Source: Rhynchobatus australiae
Lineage: Eukaryota
Direction of reading: 5' to 3'
Assembly: GCA_034780895.1 (NCBI GenBank)
Contig: JAUZTB010000107.1
Coordinates: forward strand, 56,238,984 to 56,302,949
DNA length: 63,966 bases
Below are positions 13,761 through 26,168 of the stretch, one piece after another. The translations under genes and the position numbers were made by a program. The first letter of the stretch is position 1. Each line of letters opens with the position of its first letter. The notes under the pieces are model-generated. The model did not search any database, had not been told where the DNA came from, and worked only from the letters and a program-made list of their open reading frames with translations.

Positions 13761-14428
13761 CAGCGGAGGGGAGATTAACTTGAGATGTTATATATTATGA
13801 AGAACAGGGTAGATATTGTATTTCCCATTGCCAATAGGCCCATAACAAAGAGAAATAAATTTAAAATAATTGGTTCAATAAAGCATTATGGTTAATTTAC
13901 TAGACTAGTATCCAAAGGCCTGGGCTATTGTTCTGGAGGCAAGGGTTCAAATCCCAATAGAGCACGTGGAAATTTAAATTCAAGTAATTAATTAAAATTG
14001 GAATTTAAACTATGGAATTGTTTTCTTAAGAACAAAACAATCTGGTCCATTACTGTACTACAGGGAATGAAATCTGCTGTTCTCATCTGGTTTGGTCTGT
14101 ATATGACTCCTGTCACAAACAATGTGGTTGACTCAAACCTTGCCTCCTGAAGTGGGTTGCAAACTGTTCATTTAATGGGTAATAAATGTTGGCCTTGAAC
14201 AAACTTAAAAATTAGAGTTGGGAATTGATTTTATCCAACCAGAGTTAGGTGAGGTCCTGGAATTGTCTGCCAGAAAGGCAGACTGCCAGCAATGCAATTC
14301 AATGGACAGTGTGATAAGGTTAATAGTTTTCGTTTGCAACACGATTGTTGGAAGGCTACCTATGATGTAAATTTCTATGATTCCGTTTGCCTCTAACTCA
14401 CCGGAGTGGTGGCAAGTGGGGCCATTAG

Positions 14429-14761
14429 TGTTACGAACCAGCAACAAAAGGAACACACCAAGTCATGGTATAAGTGTTTAAAAACTACTTTATTAATAAC
14501 TACTTATGATAATAAGTAAAAATGAAAGTAAATATGTTAGAAGTAAAAAAAAATCCTAAACATTAACTCCAAAATCTAACTAAACTAGTCGTGTGTGTGT
14601 GTGTGGCAAATTTCTAAACTCCACGTCCAGAAATGGTTTTCAAGGTTCAGGTCAGTTCAGCTAGCCATAAGGTGAAATATGAGCAAAGGCTTCTTCAACA
14701 ACCACCATTGACTGAAGACAAAACATAGATGTAGAGAGAAAATAGAGAGTAATTACGAAAT
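14429..14761 (-). mobile_element. Probable LTR of a young retrotransposon, truncated by a gap
   Basis: Abrupt start TGTTACGAACC; tttatt (AATAAA on the minus strand); (GT)n tract; runs into the N-gap. Confidence 0.45.
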
Positions 14762-14768
14762 NNNNNNN

Positions 14769-14977
14769 GACTGTGGATACCACACACACACGTCACATTC
14801 AGGGGCTCCAGCCGGCATCGATCACTGCCCAGGGGATACAGCCTACTTCAATTGGCCCCCAAGGAATTCAGCCAGCTTCACTTGGGGCTCAGGGAATTCA
14901 GTCAACAACTATTGGCACCCAGGCTCTGCAGCCTGCATCACTCGGCCCCCAACAGACCACAGAGAACAAACCACCAG
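14769..14977 (+). CDS. SAP130: SAP130 coding exon, 5' part lost in an assembly gap (TVDTTHTRHIQGLQPASITAQGIQPTSIGP...ENKPP)
   Basis: ORF 14773-15000; QGIQPA repeats as in human SAP130; CAG|gtaaag donor, phase 1; begins directly after N-gap 14762-14768. Confidence 0.93.
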
Positions 14978-16689
14978 GTAAAGGGGAAAATACAGTTTGA
15001 AACCTGGAGGGGGAGAGTTAATTGATTGGCTTGGCCGTATCTCCCAGTAGCCTTGTACTTATTAGCAAGAGCACATCTTGGGTGTCTGTCTGGTGAAGCA
15101 ATTGTGGCTGAATTCTTGAAATTTTGGTCCATTTTATTATATTTTATTCTCAGACTGTAATGAGGTTGAAGTTATTATATCGTGCACTCAGATGTAATGA
15201 GAACAGAGAGGTAGGTTCACATACGGAGATTATTGAGGGTGGTAGGATAAATTTTTAAAGCTTTAAAGCAGAATTCAAGATTCTGGGATTGGTAAATGAA
15301 GGTAGAATTAAGGTGGTTGTAAATTGTTATGAACCTCTGATTGGACTTTGCAAGAGTACTTATTCTGGGTACTAAACTTTTGGAAGGAAGTGGGTGTAGA
15401 GGAACATTACTAGAATGGTGAGAGACTTTGATTACATGAAGAAACAACGAACTGGGATTGTTCTTGGATCAAAAGAGATTTCACAGTAATATAAAAATTT
15501 TGNNNNNNNNNNNNNNNNNNNNNNNNNNNNNNNNNNNNNNNNNNNNNNNNNNNNNNNNNNNNNNNNNNNNNNNNNNNNNNNNNNNNNNNNNNNNNNNNNN
15601 NNCCAGTGACATATCAACTTGACTTGAGAATAATGTGCAATGTTCTCCCAAAGCAATGCCTTGAGCATTTGACAGTGTAAAACAAAAGAGTTATGTGCTG
15701 TTGATGTACAATGCTACGCTGAAGCCCGCTGGAAGATTCTCTCTGAAGATCATGAACCCAAAGAATCGGGAGAGGTCTGATATAGATTTCATCATTATGG
15801 ATCAGTAAAATGTGGTACCTGTATTTGGGAGTAGTCCAGTCCAGCAGATAGAATTGATGAATGTATACCCTTACAAGACCATGAAAATTGATTCAAAGCA
15901 AGGTATCACTTCAACCATACAACTCAAAGATGATTATAAAGTGCCTTTTACCCAACCAGAGAATTAGAAAGCAAGTACCAGATGAGTGGAAAACATCTCC
16001 CATGGTGTGGTCCAGATGGAGAGAGAGAGATCCATCACTTCCTGGATATTTAACATTTGTGTGTGTTGAGAAATCAAGTGTGCTGAGAATTTGCCAAGAC
16101 CCCAAAGATCTTTCATTAAGCCCAGTTTGGTGTTGCACTGGGCACTCTCCTGATCTTCAGTGGTGTAAAGTTCATTGTTCCAAGTTATGAAGAGATCAGA
16201 ACAATTGGCACTTTATGTCTGGGAGTGAACAGTTGTACCTACAGAGTGAGAGGAAGCACTTACAGGCAAGGACTGAATGTGCAGAAATGTGAGAATAATT
16301 GCTTTGTCTGCACCTCAAAGCCTCTTTGACCTGCCTTTTCTAACGTTTTCTTATTTGAAATCTGCATCTGTGAAATCTATTGGGATTTTAAATGAGATTT
16401 CAAATGCAAATTGTTGTTGGCTCAAAGAACTCAAGGAAATGGGTTGAATGGCCTCCTGAGCTTTATGATTTTGATTCTTGTAATTTATGTACTCTTGTAA
16501 TATAGTCATCCCTGATATTTGATTTTATTGTTGGTAAGGGCATATTGTAGCTCAGTTCTGTGATCCTAATGTTGTAATTGTACTCAAGGGTTGGTAACAA
16601 GCTGGATGTAGTTTGTCATGATATGGTACTGGATTAATAATTTGGAGATCAGTTTGCAATTATATAATGTCTTTAATTTTGTAAACTGT

Positions 16690-17200
16690 CCTACGTTGCT
16701 TCATGGGAGGGTAATATGACACCGAGCCAGTAATTCAGGTGACCAATTGCCTCATTAAAGGGGTTGATGGATGACCACAAATTTATAGAGACTGGACAAC
16801 TGGAGGCTAATTAGGAGGACATCATAGTAATATGAAGTAAAGCATTGATGACATCAGTTGAGTTGAGGCAATGGGAAGGACAAGTCTGGAGGTAAAGTTG
16901 GTGGACTGGTGAAGGAACTGAAAGCTCAGTTCTGGTCAGAAACAACACCAGTGATTTGACCTTAGGGTGAGAAATGGACTCATTAGAAAATCAGTGATAT
17001 TTATGATGGGTTATGAAGATAATGGAGCCTTGCTCTGCCCAAAGTTTATTTGAAGGAAGTTTTGGCTCATTCAGGTTTGCATGTTGGACAGGTTGCTTGG
17101 CACAGAGGTTGTGGATGGGATAAAAAGTGGCATTGAGATAGAGCACTGCATTATCAGTGTATGTGGAGAATGTGATGTTATTAAAGAGCACTATCAGAAA
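16690..17200 (-). mobile_element. Decayed L2-like LINE fragment
   Basis: Minus-strand FSTYTDNAVLYL (YADD-like) in ORF 16991-17191; purine-rich plus strand typical of antisense L2. Confidence 0.5.
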
Positions 17201-17269
17201 AATGAGAATTCAAGTCCCCCATCCCCCCCACCCAAAAATCTTGAGCACAGATTCTAATTTGCACTTGAT

Positions 17270-17500
17270 TTTGGTGGTAAGGAAGTGCTGCACCAAGGTC
17301 CTATCTCCGGATGAGGTACTAAACCAAAGTCCCATCTGTTCTCTGATCCAATGATGTGGTTCAGAGAAGAACAGGGAAGTTCCCTCTAGTGACTTGGCCG
17401 ATATTTATCTCCATCTATTCACCACTGTAGGGTATATTGGCTACAATAATAACCACACCTTAAAGTGCTTCATTGGCTATAGCTTGTTTAAGGGCACTAT
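17270..17500 (+). mobile_element. Deu-domain SINE remnant (SacSINE1/AmnSINE-like)
   Basis: gatgaggtactaaaccaaagtcccatctg...gaagaacagggaagttcc...tggccgatatttatc...cttcattggct. Confidence 0.6.
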
Positions 17501-17936
17501 GATCAGATGAATGGAAATGAAATTGTACTTTTGTGCCTTGGGAGCATATGCCAAGAAGCAGCAGGTGGATGAGTGGAGAGTAGATTCTGATCTTGATCCA
17601 GTTATACCATTCACAGTTCTATACATCACTCAGCATACCAACCAGTGTATGAAGTAGTTGGGATTGGGAATAATGAATGGTCCTTTATGTAACAAAAGCA
17701 TCGAGCTAGGTAATAGTAGACTTTTAGTAGACTTTCAGTATTGCTGGTGGGATGTGGATGAACTTTGGTGTTTAAATGAGAAGTTTCACCTTGCAGTTTG
17801 CCTCTGGACCATGCAGACTGATGCTTTGTACTTTTAGTTGAGCCATTGTCTCCAGTCTCTCTTTGATCGTGAATGTGTTTTAAATGTGAATCCATGAGTG
17901 GCATCATAAAGGTGCATACTTTTGCCTGTTTTTCAG

Positions 17937-18111
17937 CAGTGGTGTTGACGGATGGAGCCACCATTGTAGCCAATCCCATCAGCACCTTCAGTGCAACGCC
18001 TGCTGTCACAACTGTGATTCAGACCCACACTCAGAGCAGCAGTACTACCGCTCCAGCACAGGGATCTTCGCCACGACCCAGTATTCTGCGGAAGAAACCA
18101 GCCTCCGATGG
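17937..18111 (+). CDS. SAP130: SAP130 coding exon (AVVLTDGATIVANPISTFSATP...SSPRPSILRKKPASDG)
   Basis: ORF 17873-18115; tttcag|cag acceptor, GG|gtaaga donor; phase 1 to 2; matches human AVVLADGATIVANPIS...SSPRPSILRKKPATDG. Confidence 0.96.
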
Positions 18112-18354
18112 GTAAGAGCATTTAACTGGACTTTGCCCCAGTCAAGCTGCCAAGTATGATAAAAGACAAATTTAGACACCAGCAAATTCTTTTCAGTTGC
18201 TTGGCATATGCAGTGAAATCTGTCTAATCATGTTATCAGGGTTTTCTTGCATTCATCAGATCTGTATTTTTGTGAAAGAAGGGGAAATGATATGAAGGGA
18301 AATAAATCCCATAAACCACTCAATCTGATCTTTACAAGATTCCAGTATTTTTGT

Positions 18355-18596
18355 AGAGACACAGAGCATGTGCCCGTCAGACCACTGAAGCCTGTGTTAT
18401 CATCAAGCTGCCATTGATACTAATCCCATATTCTGCCCCCAACCCCAACCCCATCCCCATCGACTCCCCCCCAGATTCTACCATTGTACACCTACAGCAT
18501 TTGCCATGGTCAGTTGCACATCTTAGTAGCGTGGGAGAAAACCAGAGCACACAGAAACCCATGCAGTCACAAGGAGAACATGCAAATTCCATGTTG
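18355..18596 (-). mobile_element. V-SINE fragment running into a gap
   Basis: gtgggagaaaccagagcacacagaaacccatgcagtcacaaggagaacatgcaaattcca is the reverse complement of the V-domain. Confidence 0.7.
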
Positions 18597-19590
18597 NNNN
18601 NNNNNNNNNNNNNNNNNNNNNNNNNNNNNNNNNNNNNNNNNNNNNNNNNNNNNNNNNNNNNNNNNNNNNNNNNNNNNNNNNNNNNNNNNNNNNNNNNNNN
18701 NNNNNNNNNNNNNNNNNNNNNNNNNNNNNNNNNNNNNNNNNNNNNNNNNNNNNNNNNNNNNNNNNNNNNNNNNNNNNNNNNNNNNNNNNNNNNNNNNNNN
18801 NNNNNNNNNNNNNNNNNNNNNNNNNNNNNNNNNNNNNNNNNNNNNNNNNNNNNNNNNNNNNNNNNNNNNNNNNNNNNNNNNNNNNNNNNNNNNNNNNNNN
18901 NNNNNNNNNNNNNNNNNNNNNNNNNNNNNNNNNNNNNNNNNNNNNNNNNNNNNNNNNNNNNNNNNNNNNNNNNNNNNNNNNNNNNNNNNNNNNNNNNNNN
19001 NNNNNNNNNNNNNNNNNNNNNNNNNNNNNNNNNNNNNNNNNNNNNNNNNNNNNNNNNNNNNNNNNNNNNNNNNNNNNNNNNNNNNNNNNNNNNNNNNNNN
19101 NNNNNNNNNNNNNNNNNNNNNNNNNNNNNNNNNNNNNNNNNNNNNNNNNNNNNNNNNNNNNNNNNNNNNNNNNNNNNNNNNNNNNNNNNNNNNNNNNNNN
19201 NNNNNNNNNNNNNNNNNNNNNNNNNNNNNNNNNGAAAATGCTAGAAACACTTACCAGGTCAGGAACCATCTGTGGAAAGAGAAACCGAGTTAATGCTTCA
19301 GGTCCCAGATCCTGTTCTGGAAGACAGTTCTGAGTGTTTCCAGCATTTTCTGTTTTTATTTTGGATTTCCAATATATGAATTTTGTTTTTCCCTGCTTAA
19401 TCAATATATGTTGGAGCCAGAAATTTGGTTGTTGTCCTTCTGAACTTGTTGCCTGGAACTGTTCAGTTGTTTATTAACTTAAGATACCACTGGGTTATAA
19501 TTATGCTTCCACTCTCCAGATTATTATCTGAAATAAAAATGGCACGTTATTCACCAGCCTAGTTTAAATTTTCATATTCCTTGTTTTCAG

Positions 19591-19637
19591 TATGGCTGTT
19601 CGGAAGAGTCNNNNNNNNNNTCCCCACGGCCAGTTGG
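19591..19637 (+). CDS. SAP130: SAP130 cassette exon (MAVRKS...gap...SPRPVG), middle hidden in an N-gap
   Basis: ttttcag|T ATG GCT GTT CGG AAG AGT ... TCC CCA CGG CCA GTT GG|gtgaga; phase 2 to 2; ends match the insert MAVRKT...SPRPAG of the long human isoform. Confidence 0.85.
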
Positions 19638-21139
19638 GTGAGATTAGAATTTTGCAATTGCTCCTTTTTATTCGGCTTTTGAAGCAAGAAAAGTGACTTG
19701 CTCTGAGGTCTAAATAAATCCTGCCCCATTGCAGATCACCTGCTAATACCCTGAGGGCTCAGGAGGTCTACCCATCAAGTACCCGAGACCAGAAAAATTC
19801 CCCAGGTTTAACCCCTGCTCTGTTAATTGTAGGCAGGTAATTTGGAGTTAACCTTGGAAGTTGATCTCTGAGTTGGGGAGAAATCAACTGTGGGTCTGAC
19901 TCTTGATGGGTATCCATTGCCCTTGTCTGGAAGTGCAGATTTAGGTGAAATCTGATGGTTGGATCCTTAGGCTCATCTAGGAATGTCATTCAAGGGTGAC
20001 TGTTATATTAGTGTATCTCAGTGAACGGAGAGTTCAGTGCCTTCAGGGGTTCATGTTAGACATCGAGCATAAATCCAGGAAGACTCTAGACTTGAAATAT
20101 CAATTGCCCACTTCCCTCCATAGCTACAGCCTGACCTGCTGAGTTCCTCCAGTGCTTTGTGTGTTGCTACAGAGAGAATTTTCTGCTGATCTTTGAGGCA
20201 GTATTAGGGTGAAAGCCAAAGCTGTGACGGTCACCACCTTTTATGGTAAGTAGTTGAAGTATTTTAGTAGCTTGTGGAAGGAGGACACACACGTGACAGG
20301 CTTGCTGCATGCTGTGTTTATTTTTGGAAGAGATGGTTGGTTTATCCTCCTTGCTTATCAGACTCAGTAAAGTCACTAGACATTTGGTTGTACTGTGTGC
20401 AAGTGTGAGTGGGTAGAATCTACCCTAGGCACATCTGTTCATTATCCTTGTGCTGCTCTTCTCTATGCTTTGTGTCTCAGATTCCCTGTCCTTTCTACAT
20501 TGGATCTACAGACTGAAGTGTTACTCTCCAGGAGAACAGCCGGGCATTATTTAATTGCATTTGAGATATTACTCCAGTCCATCTTTATCATTGCTTGTCT
20601 CTGAGTTGCTGATGGCTTTTCATTCTGTAGCAGAAAAATAAGAAAGCAAGTTCCTAATCACAGATGTTGTTCACACATGAAACTTGCCTGCAATATGTAA
20701 GATGATTGGAATATACTGGCCAGTTAACCTGAGACAGCTGTAAATCATGCTGCACTTGACTGCTGATAGAGATTCTTCCTGAACGCATGACCTGTCCTAT
20801 TGTCTCTTGTGTGGTTTTGCCAAGTTTCCCGAGTGATAAAGATGACAGTGAACTAGTATATAGTAAAGCTGCTTTAGCTGTTAATATTGGATTTTTGAAA
20901 ATTTTTATTTTACTCAAAGTAGTAGTAAATTGCTCATTTGCATCCAATAACTTGACTTGCTCAGTTTGGGCCTTTCAGTTGAAAGATAGCAGATTAGTTA
21001 TCGATTCCACACTTGGATATGCCCCCTATATGTGTCGGCCTACGCTCACTTGATGGCATGGCTGTCATAAGGTTCCAGGTTCAAGTCCGAGATAATCAAG
21101 TACAATTCCTAACACGTTACTACAGAACTGTGTGGGTAC

Positions 21140-21362
21140 TTCACAGTTCGAGGAATTGCCTTTTGGATGAGATATTGAACAGGGGTGCTGTCTGCTTTTT
21201 TCAGGTGGATTGATGTAATGATCTCTAGAAACTATCGTTGTTGTTTGTGAGAGCTTGCCATGCACAAATTAGCCACTACTTTCTCCATTACTTTTACTGT
21301 TGTGATTACTCTTTAAAAGTACCTTAGAATGTAGTAAAGGACATGACAGGTGCCATAAAAAT
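21140..21362 (+). mobile_element. Deu-domain SINE remnant
   Basis: ggatgagatattgaacagggg...tcaggtgga...gagcttgccatgcacaaattagc...aggtgccataaaaat. Confidence 0.6.
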
Positions 21363-22029
21363 NNNNNNNNNNNNNNNNNNNNNNNNNNNNNNNNNNNNNN
21401 NNNNNNNNNNNNNNNNNNNNNNNNNNNNNNNNNNNNNNNNNNNNNNNNNNNNNNNNNNNNNNAACTTTTAATTCAATGGTGAATCGTAATCTTAAAGGAC
21501 TATTTCATTTTCTGTAAGAACTGAGTTTTAAAATTACCTGCCTCAGCAAGGCTTCAATATGTTTGTCTTTATATGGCGTACTCCATATAAATTGAAGCTA
21601 AGTGTTAAAGCTTCAGCTTTTGCCCAACATTTTTAACTTGTACCTTGTGAGAAATGGAATCACCTCTTACTGCAGTACTCGAGGTGCCCACTGCACCTGC
21701 CTGTCTGTTTAAAAATTCAGGCTTTTAGTTACGCTTGGATTGATAATCATATGGACTATTTTAGTAGGCTAACTGGTTTAAGGCTGAGCATCTAAACAGA
21801 GTATTTTTATTGCATAAGGTTGTGTGGCTCCTACTGCCCACTGTATAGATCATTGAGTGAGATTAAGTTGAAGTTAATGAATGGATGGGGATTTACTTGG
21901 ATGAAAAGCAGTTCTGACTGAAGATGGAGAGGATAGAAAACTTTCATGTCATCAAATACTGAATTTTGAATCTTCCTATAATGGTGGCCTTGCACTCTTA
22001 AATTGAGCAAACTTAAATTCAAGCTTTGC

Positions 22030-22350
22030 ACAGTTTCAATATCCTGAAGGAACTTTGCAATGAACTAATTATTTTTGAAGTGTAGGAATTATCTCAGGTG
22101 ATTTGCACAGAGTGTGATGGTGACCAGATAATCTGTTTTTGTGGATGTTCGGCTGGGAAATGCTCAGGATCTTTTGCATTCACTTGGGCACACAGAACCC
22201 TCGCCAAAGACTGGCAATTCTACGGTGCAGCATTCCTTTAATACCATGGGAGCAGAATCGCATGATTGCCTGACACTGCTACGTAGGCTAGCTTTGTGTG
22301 TTTGTGCCTTGAGAGTGAAATGTTCAACAACCTCAGACTTAATGCCTTCA
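22030..22350 (-). mobile_element. Deu-domain SINE remnant, antisense
   Basis: ctttgcaatgaacta...tttgcacag...tgaccagataatctgttttt is the reverse complement of the Deu/3' region. Confidence 0.5.
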
Positions 22351-22449
22351 CTGAGCTGTAAATAAACTGACCTATCCTTGTAGGTATTCTTATGGAGCAG
22401 CTGATGGGGTATTTTGATATTTGATTTTGATTGCTTTTAACTTTTTCAG

Positions 22450-22808
22450 AACAAAATCTAAGCCAGAGATCCATGTTTCCATGACCACGCCAGTGGCTGT
22501 TGCAATGGAAGCTGTCAGCAACCAGAGCATGGAATCCATGCCCATATCAGGACAGCCGAATTCTCAGCAGCCTCCGCCACCAATCCCAACACTCATTGCA
22601 GCAGCAGCTCCCCATCCTCAGCCTACAGCTTTGTCAACTGTTACAGCAGCAGTCTCCACCACTCCTCCAATTTCAGTCTCCATGGCTACAGTGGTAGCTC
22701 CTCCATCGCAACCAGTTGCCATCTCTGTACCTGTCTCCATGAGCTCAGCATTACCAGAGGTGAAAATCAAACAAGAGAGCGAGTCTGCAGATGCACTGCC
22801 TGTATCAA
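22450..22808 (+). CDS. SAP130: SAP130 coding exon (TKSKPEIHVSMTTPV...PEVKIKQESESADALPVS), Pro/Ser/Thr-rich
   Basis: ORF 22421; ttttcag| acceptor; A|gtaggt donor gives the phase 1 required by the next exon; matches human KPKSEIHVSMATPV...PEIKVKEE. Confidence 0.93.
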
Positions 22809-25800
22809 GTAGGTATTCTCTCTGCAGAGCATGTGTAAAAATTGACTTTGGTGCATTAAATTCTGTTTTCATCTGNNNNNNNNNNNNNNNNNNNNNNNNN
22901 NNNNNNNNNNNNNNNNNNNNNNNNNNNNNNNNNNNNNNNNNNNNNNNNNNNNNNNNNNNNNNNNNNNNNNNNNNNNNNNNNNNNNNNNNNNNNNNNNNNN
23001 NNNNNNNNNNNNNNNNNNNNNNNNNNNNNNNNNNNNNNNNNNNNNNNNNNNNNNNNNNNNNNNNNNNNNNNNNNNNNNNNNNNNNNNNNNNNNNNNNNNN
23101 NNNNNNNNNNNNNNNNNNNNNNNNNNNNNNNNNNNNNNNNNNNNNNNNNNNNNNNNNNNNNNNNNNNNNNNNNNNNNNNNNNNNNNNNNNNNNNNNNNNN
23201 NNNNNNNNNNNNNNNNNNNNNNNNNNNNNNNNNNNNNNNNNNNNNNNNNNNNNNNNNNNNNNNNNNNNNNNNNNNNNNNNNNNNNNNNNNNNNNNNNNNN
23301 NNNNNNNNNNNNNNNNNNNNNNNNNNNNNNNNNNNNNNNNNNNNNNNNNNNNNNNNNNNNNNNNNNNNNNNNNNNNNNNNNNNNNNNNNNNNNNNNNNNN
23401 NNNNNNNNNNNNNNNNNNNNNNNNNNNNNNNNNNNNNNNNNNNNNNNNNNNNNNNNNNNNNNNAATATGATTAAATTCAGACATGTGATGTATAAACATG
23501 TACATCGATCTCTTGAGCAGCAGAACTAGTTTCTCCCCCCTCTCCGTAATTGTTCTTATGAGTTTCATGTGCTTTTGATGCCATTCATTACAATACTCTG
23601 GCAGTATGGTTATCCTATCAAATGATTTTTTTTTTGTTTTTTGACTTATGGACAAAATCGTCTGTAAAAATGGAACCTGTTTGTAATCCAGGGACAGTCT
23701 TTAGTACCACTCCCAGGAGAGGGGACAATTGGTGAGCCAGTCCTCCCAGATGGCTTACTCATTTATACCCATTAATTAGCAGAGGGTTTGGGTTAGAATT
23801 GGCTAGGATTTTCAACAATATGAAGGTTGTTTGGATGCTATGTCTCTGTTTTTTGGTTTTTCATTTATTTTCTCTTTTTCTGTCCCTCTATGTGAATGTC
23901 TGTCTTTAAATCTCTCTTCTCTTCCTGTTCATCTCCCTCTTTCTCTCTGTTTATTCTCCCTTTCATGTTCTCTCNNNNNNNNNNNNNNNNNNNNNNNNNN
24001 NNNNNNNNNNNNNNNNNNNNNNNNNNNNNNNNNNNNNNNNNNNNNNNNNNNNNNNNNNNNNNNNNNNNNNNNNNCTCCAGCAGCACCTCCAAATCCATGA
24101 TTTTTACCATCAAGAATGACAAGGGCAGAAAACACATGGGAACAAGTTTCCCTGCATGCCTCACACTGTCCTTAGGAAAATAATTGTTCTTCCTTCAATG
24201 TCAACCTACCTAAATTCTGGAACTCACAACCAACAACTCCAGAAGGACTGCCGCTGTCCAAGAAGGGAGCTTACCATTAAATTATGAAGGATTTTAGGGA
24301 TGGGCAATAAGCCAGTAACACCAATCTCATTCAAATAAATTAAAATATCAGAGTTAGGGTTAGAATTGGCTTAATTCTAATCTTTTCATCCCAATTCTGC
24401 AGTTTAAATTTAGCAATGCTTCCAGTACATTCCCCACAGGGTATATTTCTCTCCATATTACCCAAGATACATCATGGCCAAATATTAGCACCAACTCCTT
24501 CTGTAATTCTAAACCCCGCTTTCCTCACACATATTGATTGAATGGTGGCCTCCAAAAGCTATGGAGGTCGTGAGAACCTAAGATTTGCAGTGGCACTAGA
24601 AGGCTCATAAATACCTCATTGGCCATCCCTCTCTCTGCAATTGGAATGGAATAAGACTGCAGATTGTTAGCAACAACCACAACACTTTGCATTTATATAG
24701 TGTCAGTGAAATGGTAATACTCTCAAACTAATTTTAATTCTGAGACAGATATGGCAACAGTAGCACAATGGCTAAAATAGTTAATGCATGCATTTAATAT
24801 TAAAAGGGAAGAGTGAGACTGAGAGATGGAGAGACTTCAGGTGGGAATTCCCCAGCTCATGGACTTGGCAGCCGAGCCACAACTGCCAGCAGTGGAGTAC
24901 TAAAATTAAGAGGTGCACTGTTGGCCAGAATTGGAAGAGCGCTGAGATCTCAGAGGGTTATTTGGCTAAATGAGTTTGCAGAGAAAGAGATGCAGAATTA
25001 AAATTTCAATGTGCTCCCTCCCAAACGACATTAGGCACATCTAGGTAAACCACATTATGCATCATCCAACCTTTATTTTCTACAGTTAAGATGTAAAGGT
25101 TTGAGAAGCCAACATCTAAATTTGGAAAAGCATGTCAATCCTCCATTGATAGAATCATAGTCATACCGCATGGAAACAAGTCCTTTGGCCCAATTCGTCC
25201 ATGCCAGCCAATGTGCGTACCTGAGCTGTTTGCCCACATTTGGCCCATATCCTTCTGAACCTTTCCTATTCATATACTTACCCAAGTATCTTTTCCATTA
25301 AAATTCCCTTTAATGGGAAGCCATTTGAGGGCTGGTGTGTTGACAAGCTGAATTGTCATACCTCGGCATGTCTGAGTCTGTGTAGGTCAAACATTATATT
25401 GCCTCACATCAAATTTTGGATAAAGTTCCAGCTATACAATCAAAAGTCGATTTCAGAGAGAGCTATGTTATAGACTAATCCAGAGACCCATGTGGCTTAT
25501 CTTTTTTCATTTTATTCAAGTATCAACACTTTCCGTTTCACACAGAACCTGTAGTAGTGCCCCATAAATTCTAATCTATTTTAACAGTACATGGAGCTTG
25601 GTGATTATTAATAACTATGAAATGGTTGATACCTGCTGTCTCCATCAAGATAGGCTTGAGAATGAAAGGAGTGATGGTCCTTGCAGCTTGTCTCAGGTAC
25701 TTTGAAGAATTAGTGTTCAGGACTAATTTGAAATTGTTGTCAACCCAGGTGCAACGATCACTGAACAATAGTTCCCCCACAACTCTTCGCTCTGCTTTAT

Positions 25801-25910
25801 GGTTGGGATCTTATGCCTTCTGCAAAATCCATAATTCCTTTAATTTCCACATTATATCTTTTTTTCCCTTTTTCCTCTTTCTCTTGTGCTTTGCCACCAC
25901 CATCTCCCAG

Positions 25911-26168
25911 TTGCAGTATCAACATCACAGAACATCTCAGTGACGTCATCTGCTCTGACCCCAATGGTGAATAACCTCAGCCTTCCTGGGAACGAGCTGC
26001 CGCCGGGTGCATCTCCCCGAAAGAAACCCCGTAAACAGCAGCACATCATCTCCACAGAAGAAAGTGAAATCATGGAAACAAATAGTACGGACGAGGAAAA
26101 GAATAGCAGCAGCAAGCCGGTGCTGCTCAAAGCAGAGAAGAGGAAATCTCCACCAAAGGAATATATAG
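25911..26168 (+). CDS. SAP130: SAP130 coding exon (AVSTSQN...LPPGASPRKKPRKQQHIISTEE...AEKRKSPPKEYI)
   Basis: ORF 25886-26194; cccag| acceptor, G|gtaaaa donor; phase 1 to 1; basic NLS-like PRKKPRK conserved. Confidence 0.96.

Noticed and set aside
18414-19404. Long ORFs of 200-380 aa here and at 22618-23655, 50633-51807, 53014-53682 and 59052-59684
   Set aside because: They are made almost entirely of X from N-gaps, so they are artefacts of gap translation.
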